Shown here piece by piece: positions 10,190-19,802 of a stretch of 64,000 bases of DNA; position 1 is the first letter of the stretch, and every line of letters begins with the position of its first letter. A program made the translations under genes and the position numbers. Location: IMG/VR virus record IMGVR_UViG_3300034082_003579. One strand, 5' to 3'. The stretch is from a virus. Lineage: Duplodnaviria; Heunggongvirae; Uroviricota; Caudoviricetes. The notes below the pieces were generated by a model that saw only the letters and a program-made list of their open reading frames with translations, was not told where the DNA came from and searched no databases.

Positions 10190-12368
10190 GTTTGATGTAT
10201 TCTATATCGGTAAAAAACCAGGCTTGTTTGCGCATGAACGTGCAGCAGATAGTATCGAACATGCCCAGCAATTGAGTCGCACTCGATACTGTTGGGTTGT
10301 CAATTACTTATCGGACTACACAGACTGGGATTGGCTTTGGGAACCAGTGCCATGGCAAGCCAATCAACGCCATACTTGGCCTAGCCAGCATCAAAAAGAT
10401 TCCGGGACATACTTAGTTCCTAAAATGGATTACTGCGAAACACAATATCATGCTGATAGGTTTATTAAACGTTTATCAAATTGCGACAACTGGTATATTC
10501 CTGAAAATATAGATAGCTCATTTGATTTTTCTTGGCACCCGGATCCTGCTGATCCGCCTGTGACGTATTATTTCGGCACACAGTGGCAAAGAACAGGCGG
10601 CCCTGTTTTTGTCAATGGCAGTGACAATATAAAAATTATAGAATCGCCACGTGCAATTGCATTGCCAACTGCTAACAATTGGTCTGTGCTTGATTTAAGT
10701 TTTGATTATTCCTGGCACCCAGACCTGCTGGACCAAGCTTACATATATCAGTTCGGAACGCAGCATCAAAAAACAGGTGGACCTCAGTATCAAGTACCCG
10801 GGGCATCTGACATCAAGTATTGCGCCGAACCCAGATTATTAAAAACCACAGTCGATGAACATTGGAAAATACCTAACGGCCAGTTTGACGGGTTTGATTA
10901 TACATGGCATCCTGATGACACTGACGGAAAATTTATCTATCAGTTTGGAACGCAGCATCAAAAAACAGGTGGACCTCGGTATCAAGCACCCGGGGCATCT
11001 GACATCAAGTACATAGATCAAATTAAAATTAAAACAAACCGTGTGGCGTCTGCGGTATTTGAAATAGATTTCTTGGATGGTAATGCTGGACAAATTCCTG
11101 GCACTACAAAAGTTGTCAGGTATTTTGACAACTACTTAGATACTCTTAAAAGAATAGCAAAAAATGTTCAGTACGAACATGAATTTGTTTGGATATGCAG
11201 CAGCATCTGCGATTATACCGACTTTGATTTTAGCTGGCATCCAGAACAGTGGCAGGCAGGCATGCTACATGTATTCCCCAGCAACGAAGAAAAATTCGGC
11301 GACACATTTTTTATGCATGCCCCGACTTTTGCTTATCGTAGCGAACAGTGTAAGTTGTTAGATTGGTATGATTTAAATTTTGTCAAGAATCAATCAGTTC
11401 CGCGCCGTGCAATACCTGTAATACAACACTTCCAAGACTCTCATGTGGGGACAGTATCCACAGCAGAATGGTCTGGACCACTGGCAGTATTTTCAGTTGA
11501 CGGAATAGTTGATCATGTACCGACTGTGCCCATGTGGCGTGCAGAAACAAAAACCATTGTCCCACTTAGTGCCGGAGCTTCGTCTGTTGTTGTACCACGT
11601 GCTGCAATACCGTATATCAAAACACAGTTATACGATTATTCCTATATTGATAAGACAAAACAATTTCAATCTGATCGGCTGTTAGACATTGTTTTTCTCA
11701 GCAACAGCGAGCCCAATGCTGATGCCAATTGGCAACACTTGCAGACTATTACAGCAGGACGGAGCAATCGTTGTATTAGAGTCGACGGCATCAACGGACG
11801 AGGCGCAGCATACAAAGCAGCAGCCGACGCCAGCGAAACACCTTGGTTCTTTTCTGTGTTTGCCAAACTAGAAATTGATCCTGCATTTGATTTTGGTTGG
11901 CAACCAGATCGTATGCAACAGACCAAGCACTACATCTTTAATAGTAGAAATCCAGTAAATGGATTAGAGTATGGACATCAAGGCTTGATTGCGTACAACA
12001 AGAAGTTAGTGCTAGGGACCGACGAAATACGCGGTCTAGACTTTACACTAAGTCAGCCACACGGTGTAGAACCCGTACTAAGCGGAACAGCACACTTTAA
12101 TACAGATCCTTGGAGCACATGGCGTACTGCATTTAGAGAAGTTGTAAAACTGCAATACTACTACGAAACCATACCTGATGTGGAAACAGAATACAGACTA
12201 ACTACATGGCAGAAACGTGCGCAAGGCGACCATGCCGAATGGAGCTTGCGTGGTGCCAAAGATGCTGTAGAATACTATGATTCAGTGTTGGGAAATTATG
12301 ACAGCTTGTTGCTGACGTTTGAATGGGCTTGGCTAAGAGATTATTTTAATCAGCAGTACATCGTTTGA
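10188..12368 (+). CDS. large repeat-containing protein
   Basis: 726 aa with about 5 copies of a ~55-aa module (F/Y)D(F/Y)(S/T)WHPD...Y.FGTQ.Q.TGGP.Y..PG.SDIKY; two copies are near-identical at DNA level. Confidence 0.55.
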   Translation: MFDVFYIGKKPGLFAHERAADSIEHAQQLSRTRYCWVVNYLSDYTDWDWLWEPVPWQANQRHTWPSQHQKDSGTYLVPKMDYCETQYHADRFIKRLSNCDNWYIPENIDSSFDFSWHPDPADPPVTYYFGTQWQRTGGPVFVNGSDNIKIIESPRAIALPTANNWSVLDLSFDYSWHPDLLDQAYIYQFGTQHQKTGGPQYQVPGASDIKYCAEPRLLKTTVDEHWKIPNGQFDGFDYTWHPDDTDGKFIYQFGTQHQKTGGPRYQAPGASDIKYIDQIKIKTNRVASAVFEIDFLDGNAGQIPGTTKVVRYFDNYLDTLKRIAKNVQYEHEFVWICSSICDYTDFDFSWHPEQWQAGMLHVFPSNEEKFGDTFFMHAPTFAYRSEQCKLLDWYDLNFVKNQSVPRRAIPVIQHFQDSHVGTVSTAEWSGPLAVFSVDGIVDHVPTVPMWRAETKTIVPLSAGASSVVVPRAAIPYIKTQLYDYSYIDKTKQFQSDRLLDIVFLSNSEPNADANWQHLQTITAGRSNRCIRVDGINGRGAAYKAAADASETPWFFSVFAKLEIDPAFDFGWQPDRMQQTKHYIFNSRNPVNGLEYGHQGLIAYNKKLVLGTDEIRGLDFTLSQPHGVEPVLSGTAHFNTDPWSTWRTAFREVVKLQYYYETIPDVETEYRLTTWQKRAQGDHAEWSLRGAKDAVEYYDSVLGNYDSLLLTFEWAWLRDYFNQQYIV
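10749..10819 (+). repeat. 71-nt intragenic direct repeat, copy 1
   Basis: cagttcggaacgcagcatcaaaaaacaggtggacctcagtatcaagtacccggggcatctgacatcaagta; about 3 mismatches to copy 2. Confidence 0.7.
10941..11011 (+). repeat. 71-nt intragenic direct repeat, copy 2
   Basis: near-identical to 10749..10819; recent internal duplication of a protein repeat module. Confidence 0.7.
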
Positions 12369-13476
12369 CTTGAGCAGCAATGTGTTTTACTTCGCTATCA
12401 GTTAATTCAGGGTAGATAGGCAAGCTCAATACTCTGCGACTCAATGTACTAGAACAACTCAGCAACGAATTAGGCCCAGGATAACAACTGTAAATTGGTT
12501 CTTCGTGCAAAGGTCGTACATAATGTATTTTTGTTTCTATGCCGCGAGCAGCAAGATCTTGTTGCAGCTGGTGCTGATTGTCAACTTCGATGACAAATTT
12601 GTGAAAGCAATGGCTGTACATCATGTCATCGGTGATGAGAGTCTTAACTGCGGTACCTGTAAATTGTTCGTTGTAATAAGCAGCAATGTCTCGTCGTCGA
12701 TTTTGCCATTGGTGAATGTGATTGGCTTTGACCATCATTAATGCACAGTCCAATTCACTCATCCTACTGTTGGTACCAACAGTGGTGCCACCAGTCATTG
12801 AATTGCCGCGCCAATTGCGTACAAATTCTGCCAACGCACTGTCTCTTGTGACAACAGCTCCGCCATTGCCGTAGCAAGGTAAATTCTTTGTGGGATCAAA
12901 GCTGATAGCAGTAGCAGTACCAACTCGAGTACCACTGTCAGCTAACCAATGTTGAGCACCGTCTTCAATTATCAGTGTATCTCTGTATAACCAGTCTTGC
13001 CATTGTCGTTGATTGCCCATGTGTGCCACACTGGCACCGTACAAGCCCACAATAACCACAGCCTCATAATCAATCTTTTCTGGTAAACTATCAAAATTCA
13101 ACAAGCCGTATCGGTCAGTGTCGACAAATCGTATATGCCACCCTGCACGTTTGAACGCATTGGCAGTGGCTCGATAAGTCAAGGACGGGATCAATACTGT
13201 TGGTGTATAAGGAAAGTTTCGTCGGTGAAATTCAGCAATGGCCTCAAGTGCATGAGTACCCGAATGCACAGTTATTGCATAACGGCTATTGTTATATCTT
13301 GCAAGCCAAGTTTCGAACTGCTCGGTATAGCGACCATTCATCAATTGCCCCGAAGCATACACCTGAGATGCTACAGGGTCAATTTCGTTTTTTAAAGATT
13401 GATATTGACGATCAAGGCCGTTGAATGATATCATGCCTTGAGCTGCTGCTGCCAGTAAGGGGATTCTTGGAGCCAC
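12346..13476 (-). CDS. DegT/DnrJ/EryC1/StrS-family PLP-dependent sugar aminotransferase
   Basis: 376 aa; family-typical N-terminus ISFNGLDRQYQSLKNEI and overall architecture. Confidence 0.75.
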   Translation of the reverse strand: MAPRIPLLAAAAQGMISFNGLDRQYQSLKNEIDPVASQVYASGQLMNGRYTEQFETWLARYNNSRYAITVHSGTHALEAIAEFHRRNFPYTPTVLIPSLTYRATANAFKRAGWHIRFVDTDRYGLLNFDSLPEKIDYEAVVIVGLYGASVAHMGNQRQWQDWLYRDTLIIEDGAQHWLADSGTRVGTATAISFDPTKNLPCYGNGGAVVTRDSALAEFVRNWRGNSMTGGTTVGTNSRMSELDCALMMVKANHIHQWQNRRRDIAAYYNEQFTGTAVKTLITDDMMYSHCFHKFVIEVDNQHQLQQDLAARGIETKIHYVRPLHEEPIYSCYPGPNSLLSCSSTLSRRVLSLPIYPELTDSEVKHIAAQVKRCTAD

Positions 13477-14399
13477 CGATGATAAATCTCAAACCCTTCT
13501 TCCATATCCACTTGAGGATTGTATCCTAGGTCTCGTCGAGCAGCATCGATATTCAATGCGCCGCGGCTGGGAAAATCCAAGTCACGCCCTCTCACATTGA
13601 TAGAGCCACGCTTGGCAATACGAACTGCCAGTTCAGCAGCTTCCAGTAATGTCTTGCTATGGCTCTTGGTAATGTTGTAGGTCCGATTGTTAGCAACGTC
13701 TAACGTGACAGCAGCCGCAATGCCGTCAGCAGCATCGTCGACATAGGTAAAGTCTAAGGTTTCGTTTGCTCCGTTGACGTTGAGAGTTTCACCACGCATG
13801 GCAGCCAGCAAGAACTTGCTGATTACACGATCGTTCACATCTAAGGGTCCGTACACAGCACTGGGACGAATGATCACATGTGCTATGCCTGATTTTCTAG
13901 TGTAGTCTTTTACCAGCCATTCGCCTGCTAACTTTAAGATACCGTATTGCCCTTGTGGGCGGCACACAGCATCTTCGCGTACTTGATCTGCAAAGTCGCC
14001 GTAGACCATGCTGCTACTGATATAAACAAACTTCTTTACTTGATGACGGACAGACAGTTCCAACAAATTTAACAGGCCTTCGCTCATGGTCTGACTGCCC
14101 AATTGTGGATTTACATTTACAACTTTTTGTCGCGGAAAACTGGCCAAGTGAACAACAGTGTCAATTTGATTTTGTTCTATTATATTGTTCATGGCCTCAG
14201 ACACAATGTCCGTGCGATAAATCTGATTGGTGGCGATTTTCTTTTGACGTTCAGCAAACAAATAGTCAATTTCGTCCCAGGGAATAAGATCGTAGTTGGT
14301 ACAAACATCAACAATAACAACATGGTGTCCTTGTGATTCTAATCGTTGAACTACATTGTGACCGATAAGACCCAGACCGCCTGTTACTAGTATTTTCAT
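13431..14399 (-). CDS. NAD-dependent nucleotide-sugar epimerase/dehydratase
   Basis: MKILVTGGLGLIGHNVV Rossmann GxxGxxG; SDR-extended family layout. Confidence 0.75.
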   Translation of the reverse strand: MKILVTGGLGLIGHNVVQRLESQGHHVVIVDVCTNYDLIPWDEIDYLFAERQKKIATNQIYRTDIVSEAMNNIIEQNQIDTVVHLASFPRQKVVNVNPQLGSQTMSEGLLNLLELSVRHQVKKFVYISSSMVYGDFADQVREDAVCRPQGQYGILKLAGEWLVKDYTRKSGIAHVIIRPSAVYGPLDVNDRVISKFLLAAMRGETLNVNGANETLDFTYVDDAADGIAAAVTLDVANNRTYNITKSHSKTLLEAAELAVRIAKRGSINVRGRDLDFPSRGALNIDAARRDLGYNPQVDMEEGFEIYHRWLQESPYWQQQLKA

Positions 14400-14719
14400 T
14401 GGAATTTCAACTTAAAAAATAATTCGTTTTGTTCTGTTAATCTTGCTGCAATACAGTACCGATATCCATACGTGTACTGATCAACTCGACGATGCCATTG
14501 CGGCAGCTCTACACTGTGTTCCATAACCCACATACCAGCTTCGCTGTGCTGCCACGCCAGTAATGGGTCAGCAGCATAGATATCAGGATCCTCTACATCG
14601 CCTATGGAAAATTCGTGTACAATAACGGTAGATATCTTAACTGGTTTGTCGTCTACAAGTTGCCACTGAGTCTCATTGTTAACAACGGCGTAGGTAGGAA
14701 ACTGCTTGATACGAGCCAT
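14396..14719 (-). CDS. hypothetical protein (C-terminus ELFFKLKFQ, related to the small-ORF family)
   Basis: 107-aa ORF, translationally coupled. Confidence 0.4.
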   Translation of the reverse strand: MARIKQFPTYAVVNNETQWQLVDDKPVKISTVIVHEFSIGDVEDPDIYAADPLLAWQHSEAGMWVMEHSVELPQWHRRVDQYTYGYRYCIAARLTEQNELFFKLKFQ

Positions 14720-14746
14720 GTGTTTATATTAACACAGTTAACACAA

Positions 14747-15433
14747 TTATTCTACTGAAACAAGTTTTGCAGCCATGGGGAAAATCTCCGAAATGACCTG
14801 AGCACATGCCAGTGCAACCAATTGATGTTCCTTCTGTGTGCCATTTGCACTGCGCAATTCGATAAAATGAATCCAGGATCGTAAAGAACCATTCATGTAC
14901 AATCGACTCACTGTGTTACCTTCAGGCAATACTGCACGGGCCTGTTCTTTGGCAATGCCGTTTCGAACAGCCCAGGTATAAGCTTCTCGAGCAGCTCTAA
15001 TCACATCCTGTTGTTTCTCTATCCAAATTCGATTGGTTTCCCGATTGCCAGCATCAGTTAAATCTAGCTCAACACTGTTCTGTCTGTTTTTGGTGTCTTG
15101 CATACGTGCTTCACGAATTTCAAAATCCAAGTCCTTGGTCGGATCAGCATAACGCTGACTGAACTCTTGAAAAGCAAAGCTGCGATGTCGCAAGATTTGG
15201 CGAGCAATATCACGTGTGGTTGTGATTTCGACACAGGCCGAAACCATTTCCAAGGGCGACCAATGAGCATGTTTGACCAGGTAATTGATCAGTTTTTCGC
15301 TGGTTTCGGTGTTGAGTTGATTTGAAGGATTGCTGACACGGGCACAAAATGCAATAAGTTCTTGCACGTTGTCGATCCCGGCGTCAGCAAACTCAGCTGT
15401 GGGAGCCGAGCTTGAGACTAGACGTACTTGCAT
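14747..15433 (-). CDS. thyX: flavin-dependent thymidylate synthase ThyX
   Basis: ILRHRSFAFQEFSQRY = ThyX RHRxxxxxxxS signature. Confidence 0.85.
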   Translation of the reverse strand: MQVRLVSSSAPTAEFADAGIDNVQELIAFCARVSNPSNQLNTETSEKLINYLVKHAHWSPLEMVSACVEITTTRDIARQILRHRSFAFQEFSQRYADPTKDLDFEIREARMQDTKNRQNSVELDLTDAGNRETNRIWIEKQQDVIRAAREAYTWAVRNGIAKEQARAVLPEGNTVSRLYMNGSLRSWIHFIELRSANGTQKEHQLVALACAQVISEIFPMAAKLVSVE

Positions 15434-15735
15434 TAAATTCCTTTAAGTAGTTTGTCGGTTTCGGGTTGAATAATTTCGGCCACTGCTTCAACATCCAGCA
15501 CCAGTTCCATTGAAGCAATTAAGCCATCGTTCTCACTGATATAAACCGATACAGCTTGTTCGATACTGTCGTTGTTGAATCCTTGCTTGCGCAGTTGACG
15601 CAGGTTGATGGTTTTTTGTTTACGATCGGTAGTTTTAAAAACTACCTTCTTGACACATTCTATTGGACAGTGATTTTTGTCAACGTCGTTAACAATTTGT
15701 TCCCATCTTTGTAAAAAGTCTCGATCAAGCTGCAT
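15433..15735 (-). CDS. hypothetical protein
   Basis: 100-aa ORF, coupled to thyX. Confidence 0.4.
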   Translation of the reverse strand: MQLDRDFLQRWEQIVNDVDKNHCPIECVKKVVFKTTDRKQKTINLRQLRKQGFNNDSIEQAVSVYISENDGLIASMELVLDVEAVAEIIQPETDKLLKGI

Positions 15736-16528
15736 CAGCAGTTTTCACCTTCTTCTGCCGTCCACGTTTGGGTTTTGGTGCTCCGCCAGCCATGGCTTCG
15801 GCCTCGGCCTTGAGTCTGGCACTTTCAGCCAACAATCCACGAGCTTCGACTTCCATACGAGTGGCCTGTGCCATTCGATCCTTTGCCAAATGTGCATCGT
15901 CTAGTGCCTTGGCAGCATCTGACCCTGCTACTTCGGCCATGCGTTGTGGAACTGGAGCACCAACTTCGCGACCGTAATCATCACGACGTCTAGCTTTGCC
16001 GGTGTAACCTTTGTTGGCATCGAGATTGGCCATTTCTTGAATAGCTTCGTTTCCCATTTTCATCTTGCGAATGATCTCATTCATCTCTGCCAGATTAACA
16101 GAGCTGCTGGGTGTAGGAGTAACTGTGACTTGTTTGGCCTGTACTTTTTTAATCATTCCTTCTGAGTGCAAGGTCTGTAGCATGGGACGACCGTCCGGCA
16201 GTAGACTACGGAATAGCGCATCTCCAAGATTTTCTGCAGCCTGCCCTTCAGGAGATTCGATCACTCGCATGATAGCATCGTGCATGTGTACAGCCAATGT
16301 CTGAGGATAGATGACCAAGGTCATGTGGTCTTCGCCGGGTACTTCTCTAAATATAATAGCAACCTTTCGATCGCCGTGTTTGCCAATGTGCTTGATCATT
16401 CTGCTTCTCCTGGTTGAGATTGAGCTGCTTCTGCTTGTGCAACAACTGTTTCTAAAAATCCTGTGAGCTTTTCGTAAAGCTCGCCCACTGTACGCATTTC
16501 CTCTGCACGGAATGCACCGCGCTGGCAA
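15725..16528 (-). CDS. hypothetical protein with Lys/Arg-rich C-terminus
   Basis: 267-aa ORF; C-terminal GAPKPKRGRQKKVK. Confidence 0.45.
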   Translation of the reverse strand: MPARCIPCRGNAYSGRALRKAHRIFRNSCCTSRSSSISTRRSRMIKHIGKHGDRKVAIIFREVPGEDHMTLVIYPQTLAVHMHDAIMRVIESPEGQAAENLGDALFRSLLPDGRPMLQTLHSEGMIKKVQAKQVTVTPTPSSSVNLAEMNEIIRKMKMGNEAIQEMANLDANKGYTGKARRRDDYGREVGAPVPQRMAEVAGSDAAKALDDAHLAKDRMAQATRMEVEARGLLAESARLKAEAEAMAGGAPKPKRGRQKKVKTADAA

Positions 16529-16611
16529 GCAACATCAATGAGATTTTTAATAACAGCAAGATCCTGTAGTGTGATTTGGGTTTCGGGTGTGTTCATAGTA
16601 ATATTTAACAA
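16396..16611 (-). CDS. hypothetical protein
   Basis: 71-aa ORF. Confidence 0.3.
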   Translation of the reverse strand: MLNITMNTPETQITLQDLAVIKNLIDVACQRGAFRAEEMRTVGELYEKLTGFLETVVAQAEAAQSQPGEAE

Positions 16612-16675
16612 ATAATTACCGTGGAAAATAAAAATTGCCCTGTTTTCAGGGCAATTTATATTGATTTAGGTTAAA

Positions 16676-17947
16676 TTAGTTTTCTTCGTACAAGGCCCAA
16701 ACACCAAATGGTGGGTCGGGATTCTTGTCGCCGTGGATAACCCAAGTAGTATCGCAGTAGTTGGGATCACCCCATGAGCCGCACGGGTAGCCGTCTGTGA
16801 ACACAATCAACTTCTTGGGTTCAATAGCTTGGGCTTTGAGGAAGTTGAATATGGCATCAAAGTCAGTGCCACCACCGCCTTGCAAGTCATACTCGCTGAT
16901 ATCGTCCAAGTTATCGCTGGTAAACAAGTGCAGGTTGTACACTTCGGTATCAAAACAGGCAACATGGATACGATAGTCTTCAAACGTTTCCATGATACCT
17001 TTGATTTCACTTAGGAAGTCGCGGCCTTGTTCGGTTGAGATCGATCCCGACAGGTCGATAAACACAGCAATGTCAATGGCTTCTTGTGTTTTCATACCAG
17101 GCATGACAGCATCCATGTCCCAGCCCTTGCGACCCGACTTCATCCACGTATAGTCGCTCTTGACTGTGCTTTGGATTTGCTGCATGATCAGTTCGCGCCA
17201 GTTCAACTTGTGCTCAGTCAAATTCTGAATCAAACGCTTGACACCAGCTGGCAAGTTACCAGCATCACATGTCTGAGCGGCGCTCAACATGGCTTCCTTG
17301 ATCTCATCGCGGATGGCAGCACGTTCTTCATCAGTAAGACGAGGACGTCCTTTGCTGTTGCCGTCACGGCCAGTACCGCTTTCGGTGTCACCGTCGTCTT
17401 CCATGTGATCGTCCAACATCTTGTTGACAAGATCTTCAATGTCAATTTTTTCGGCGTTTGCGTACAAGTCGTCGTAGACTTCTTCGGCACTCATACCATC
17501 GTACTTGACATCATACAGGCAAGGAACCGACGTAATGAATTCACCAATGCGGTGCTTTTTCAAGTCAGCATTATTGCAGTAGTCGCCGGCCACGTTCCAC
17601 AGCTTGGGATGACGATCACCGCAGCGACCAAAATGGTCATAGATCACATGCAGGATTTCGTGTCCAAACAAGAATTCAACTTCCTTGGGACGCAGCATTT
17701 TGATAAAGCGAGTGTTGTAATAAAAGTTTCTACCGTCGGTAGCAGCAGTAGCACACCATTCGTCGGCATTGACCAACTTTAGTCTAGTGGCCAAGTTACC
17801 AAAGAAACTGGCACGAAGCAACATGCCAACTCGTGCTGTAATAAGAATTTCACGAACTTCGCGATCTACTTTTGGGTCTGTTGGGCCAATCAAATCAGCA
17901 AAACGCTTGGCGTCATTTTTGTTGGCAGTGTCTGTTGCTGTAGTCAT
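16676..17947 (-). CDS. VWA-domain protein with HExxH metallopeptidase-like motif (MoxR partner)
   Basis: HEILHVIYDH motif; MIDAS-like DLSGSIS; sits next to a MoxR-type ATPase. Confidence 0.65.
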   Translation of the reverse strand: MTTATDTANKNDAKRFADLIGPTDPKVDREVREILITARVGMLLRASFFGNLATRLKLVNADEWCATAATDGRNFYYNTRFIKMLRPKEVEFLFGHEILHVIYDHFGRCGDRHPKLWNVAGDYCNNADLKKHRIGEFITSVPCLYDVKYDGMSAEEVYDDLYANAEKIDIEDLVNKMLDDHMEDDGDTESGTGRDGNSKGRPRLTDEERAAIRDEIKEAMLSAAQTCDAGNLPAGVKRLIQNLTEHKLNWRELIMQQIQSTVKSDYTWMKSGRKGWDMDAVMPGMKTQEAIDIAVFIDLSGSISTEQGRDFLSEIKGIMETFEDYRIHVACFDTEVYNLHLFTSDNLDDISEYDLQGGGGTDFDAIFNFLKAQAIEPKKLIVFTDGYPCGSWGDPNYCDTTWVIHGDKNPDPPFGVWALYEEN

Positions 17948-17977
17948 TTATATAACTCCGTGTTTTCAGTATAATAC

Positions 17978-18006
17978 ATTATAGCATGACCTGAATTACC
18001 GGTCAA
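17978..18006 (-). promoter_or_regulatory. sigma70-like phage promoter TTGACC-N17-TATAAT
   Basis: minus-strand TTGACCggtaattcaggtcatgcTATAAT upstream of the VWA gene. Confidence 0.6.
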
Positions 18007-18388
18007 TCGGATTTGCCAGTTGAAAGAACACAAGTTCCGGGTCAGACTTGACGTAGATACGTAAGTCACTGTAACCATTGGTCCACGACCAATAAGGATT
18101 ACAACTGACAGGAAGATCTGGTGCAGCTGGTATACCCAAGGGGTGATTATTACCAAACTTCTTGATCATTCGTTGGGTTATGTTTTGATTCATACCAACC
18201 CAACGGTGCATATCAGAGTATTGGCGTATTTCAGCTGACCAACCGTATGTTTGTATAAACCATTGCAGGCAATGGTCAAAGTTCAAGGGACCTTGATCGT
18301 TGCTCATCTGATGGCTGAAACCAATATAGTATTGGAACCAATTGCAATAAGAGAATCTACCGTCGAGACGTTGTATAGTGTATTTCAT
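17996..18388 (-). CDS. hypothetical protein (small-ORF family-like C-terminus)
   Basis: 130 aa; C-terminal ELVFFQLANPIDR. Confidence 0.4.
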   Translation of the reverse strand: MKYTIQRLDGRFSYCNWFQYYIGFSHQMSNDQGPLNFDHCLQWFIQTYGWSAEIRQYSDMHRWVGMNQNITQRMIKKFGNNHPLGIPAAPDLPVSCNPYWSWTNGYSDLRIYVKSDPELVFFQLANPIDR

Positions 18389-18711
18389 CTTGAGTATTTA
18401 AGACCAAAAATGATAGCGTCTTCGATATCTCTAAAGTGAAAATCTAATATCCAGACGTTTGGTTCGTTTTCGTCTGGAACCAAATATCTCCACCGCTTCT
18501 TGTCCCGCCACTTGGGAAATTCTCGCCTAATTTTTACAAGGAAATCTTGCACTTGGTCATGATTGTACGGGTCAAAAGTAACCCTTACACGGTGAGGTTG
18601 GGGAGGGGGCTGACACCCCTCTTCCCTGAGTACTGCTTTAATGTCAGCCCCCATACTCTTACGAGTTAGCACCCAAAATGTATTTTCCGTAACGCTGATG
18701 GAATTCATCAA
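18385..18711 (-). CDS. hypothetical protein (small-ORF family member)
   Basis: 108 aa; C-terminal EDAIIFGLKYSR. Confidence 0.4.
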   Translation of the reverse strand: MMNSISVTENTFWVLTRKSMGADIKAVLREEGCQPPPQPHRVRVTFDPYNHDQVQDFLVKIRREFPKWRDKKRWRYLVPDENEPNVWILDFHFRDIEDAIIFGLKYSR

Positions 18712-19747
18712 AATTCTTCAGCTTGGTTGGCTGGAACGGCAGCTGGTATGTGGTCAGTGCAATTCTAGCACCCATAACAACCAACTCGGTTTCGAAGTTC
18801 TTCATCATGTAAGCAAAGAAGTTGTCGGCCATTTCGTGGAACTCTTTGTCTGTGACCTTGCGCTCAATAGCAGACTTGAGCTCGTAGCACAAGCTGATGA
18901 CCAGGCTGTACATGGCACTGACTTCTTTGACATCCAACTCCTTGGCCTTGCCCGACAAGATATCTTCGGGCTTGGGCAAGCGTCCGGCAATCTTGCGATG
19001 TGCCATGTACTTGACAGCAAGACCTTCGCCAATGGTACCGGCAATAAGGTCAGTTGCAGTAGAGTCATCAATGTCGTTGTCTTCCATCAACTGGCTGACA
19101 AAGCTCCACGAACGCGGTGTAGCAAAAGCACGTGAGCTGGACTTGGCATCAAAATCGTACAAGTCCTGCTTGGCGAAGGTCAAGTAACCAACAACATCCT
19201 TGTGGATATTGTTTAACACTGCCCATTCTTGCCAGCTAGGGAAGTCCACCTTCATTTCAACGTGAACAAAACGGTTTGCCAACGGAGTAGGCATACGATA
19301 AGTAACACCCTTGTCGCTTTCGCGGTTGCCAGCAGCAATCATGACCACATTGTCAGGCAACACATACTTGCCCATTCTGCGATTCAGTACCAGCTGATAA
19401 GCAGCAGCCTGCACACCCGGAGGAGCTGAGTTCATTTCGTCCATAAACAGGACTATGATGGGATACTGACTGGCAAGTTCTGCATCTGGCAGGTCGATCG
19501 GAGGTGCCCAATCCATCTTGCCCAGTTCCTTGTTGTAAAACGGAATACCACGAATGTCTGTGGGATCCATCTGACCCAGGCGCAAGTCAATCATGAATCC
19601 GCCTAGCTCTCGAGCAATATCAGCAACAACTTCGCTCTTGCCGATGCCTGGAGGACCCCACAAGAACAAAGGACGCTGAGATTTAAAACACTTGACGATA
19701 GCGCGACGAGCTTGTTGCGCAGTAACGGTACGATTGTCTGCTGACAT
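18659..19747 (-). CDS. MoxR/CobS-like AAA+ ATPase
   Basis: Walker A LFLWGPPGIGKSEV; 362 aa MoxR-size; paired with the VWA protein. Confidence 0.8.
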   Translation of the reverse strand: MSADNRTVTAQQARRAIVKCFKSQRPLFLWGPPGIGKSEVVADIARELGGFMIDLRLGQMDPTDIRGIPFYNKELGKMDWAPPIDLPDAELASQYPIIVLFMDEMNSAPPGVQAAAYQLVLNRRMGKYVLPDNVVMIAAGNRESDKGVTYRMPTPLANRFVHVEMKVDFPSWQEWAVLNNIHKDVVGYLTFAKQDLYDFDAKSSSRAFATPRSWSFVSQLMEDNDIDDSTATDLIAGTIGEGLAVKYMAHRKIAGRLPKPEDILSGKAKELDVKEVSAMYSLVISLCYELKSAIERKVTDKEFHEMADNFFAYMMKNFETELVVMGARIALTTYQLPFQPTKLKNFDEFHQRYGKYILGANS

Positions 19748-19802
19748 AATGTTTCCTTAGGAAGAGGGATAAAATTAAATTCTGTACTGCTAATGAAATA
19801 CT

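Noticed and set aside
17084-17782. 232-aa plus-strand ORF and other antisense ORFs inside the VWA, MoxR, GroEL and porin genes
   Set aside because: They are embedded antisense frames within strongly supported genes, with skewed low-complexity translations
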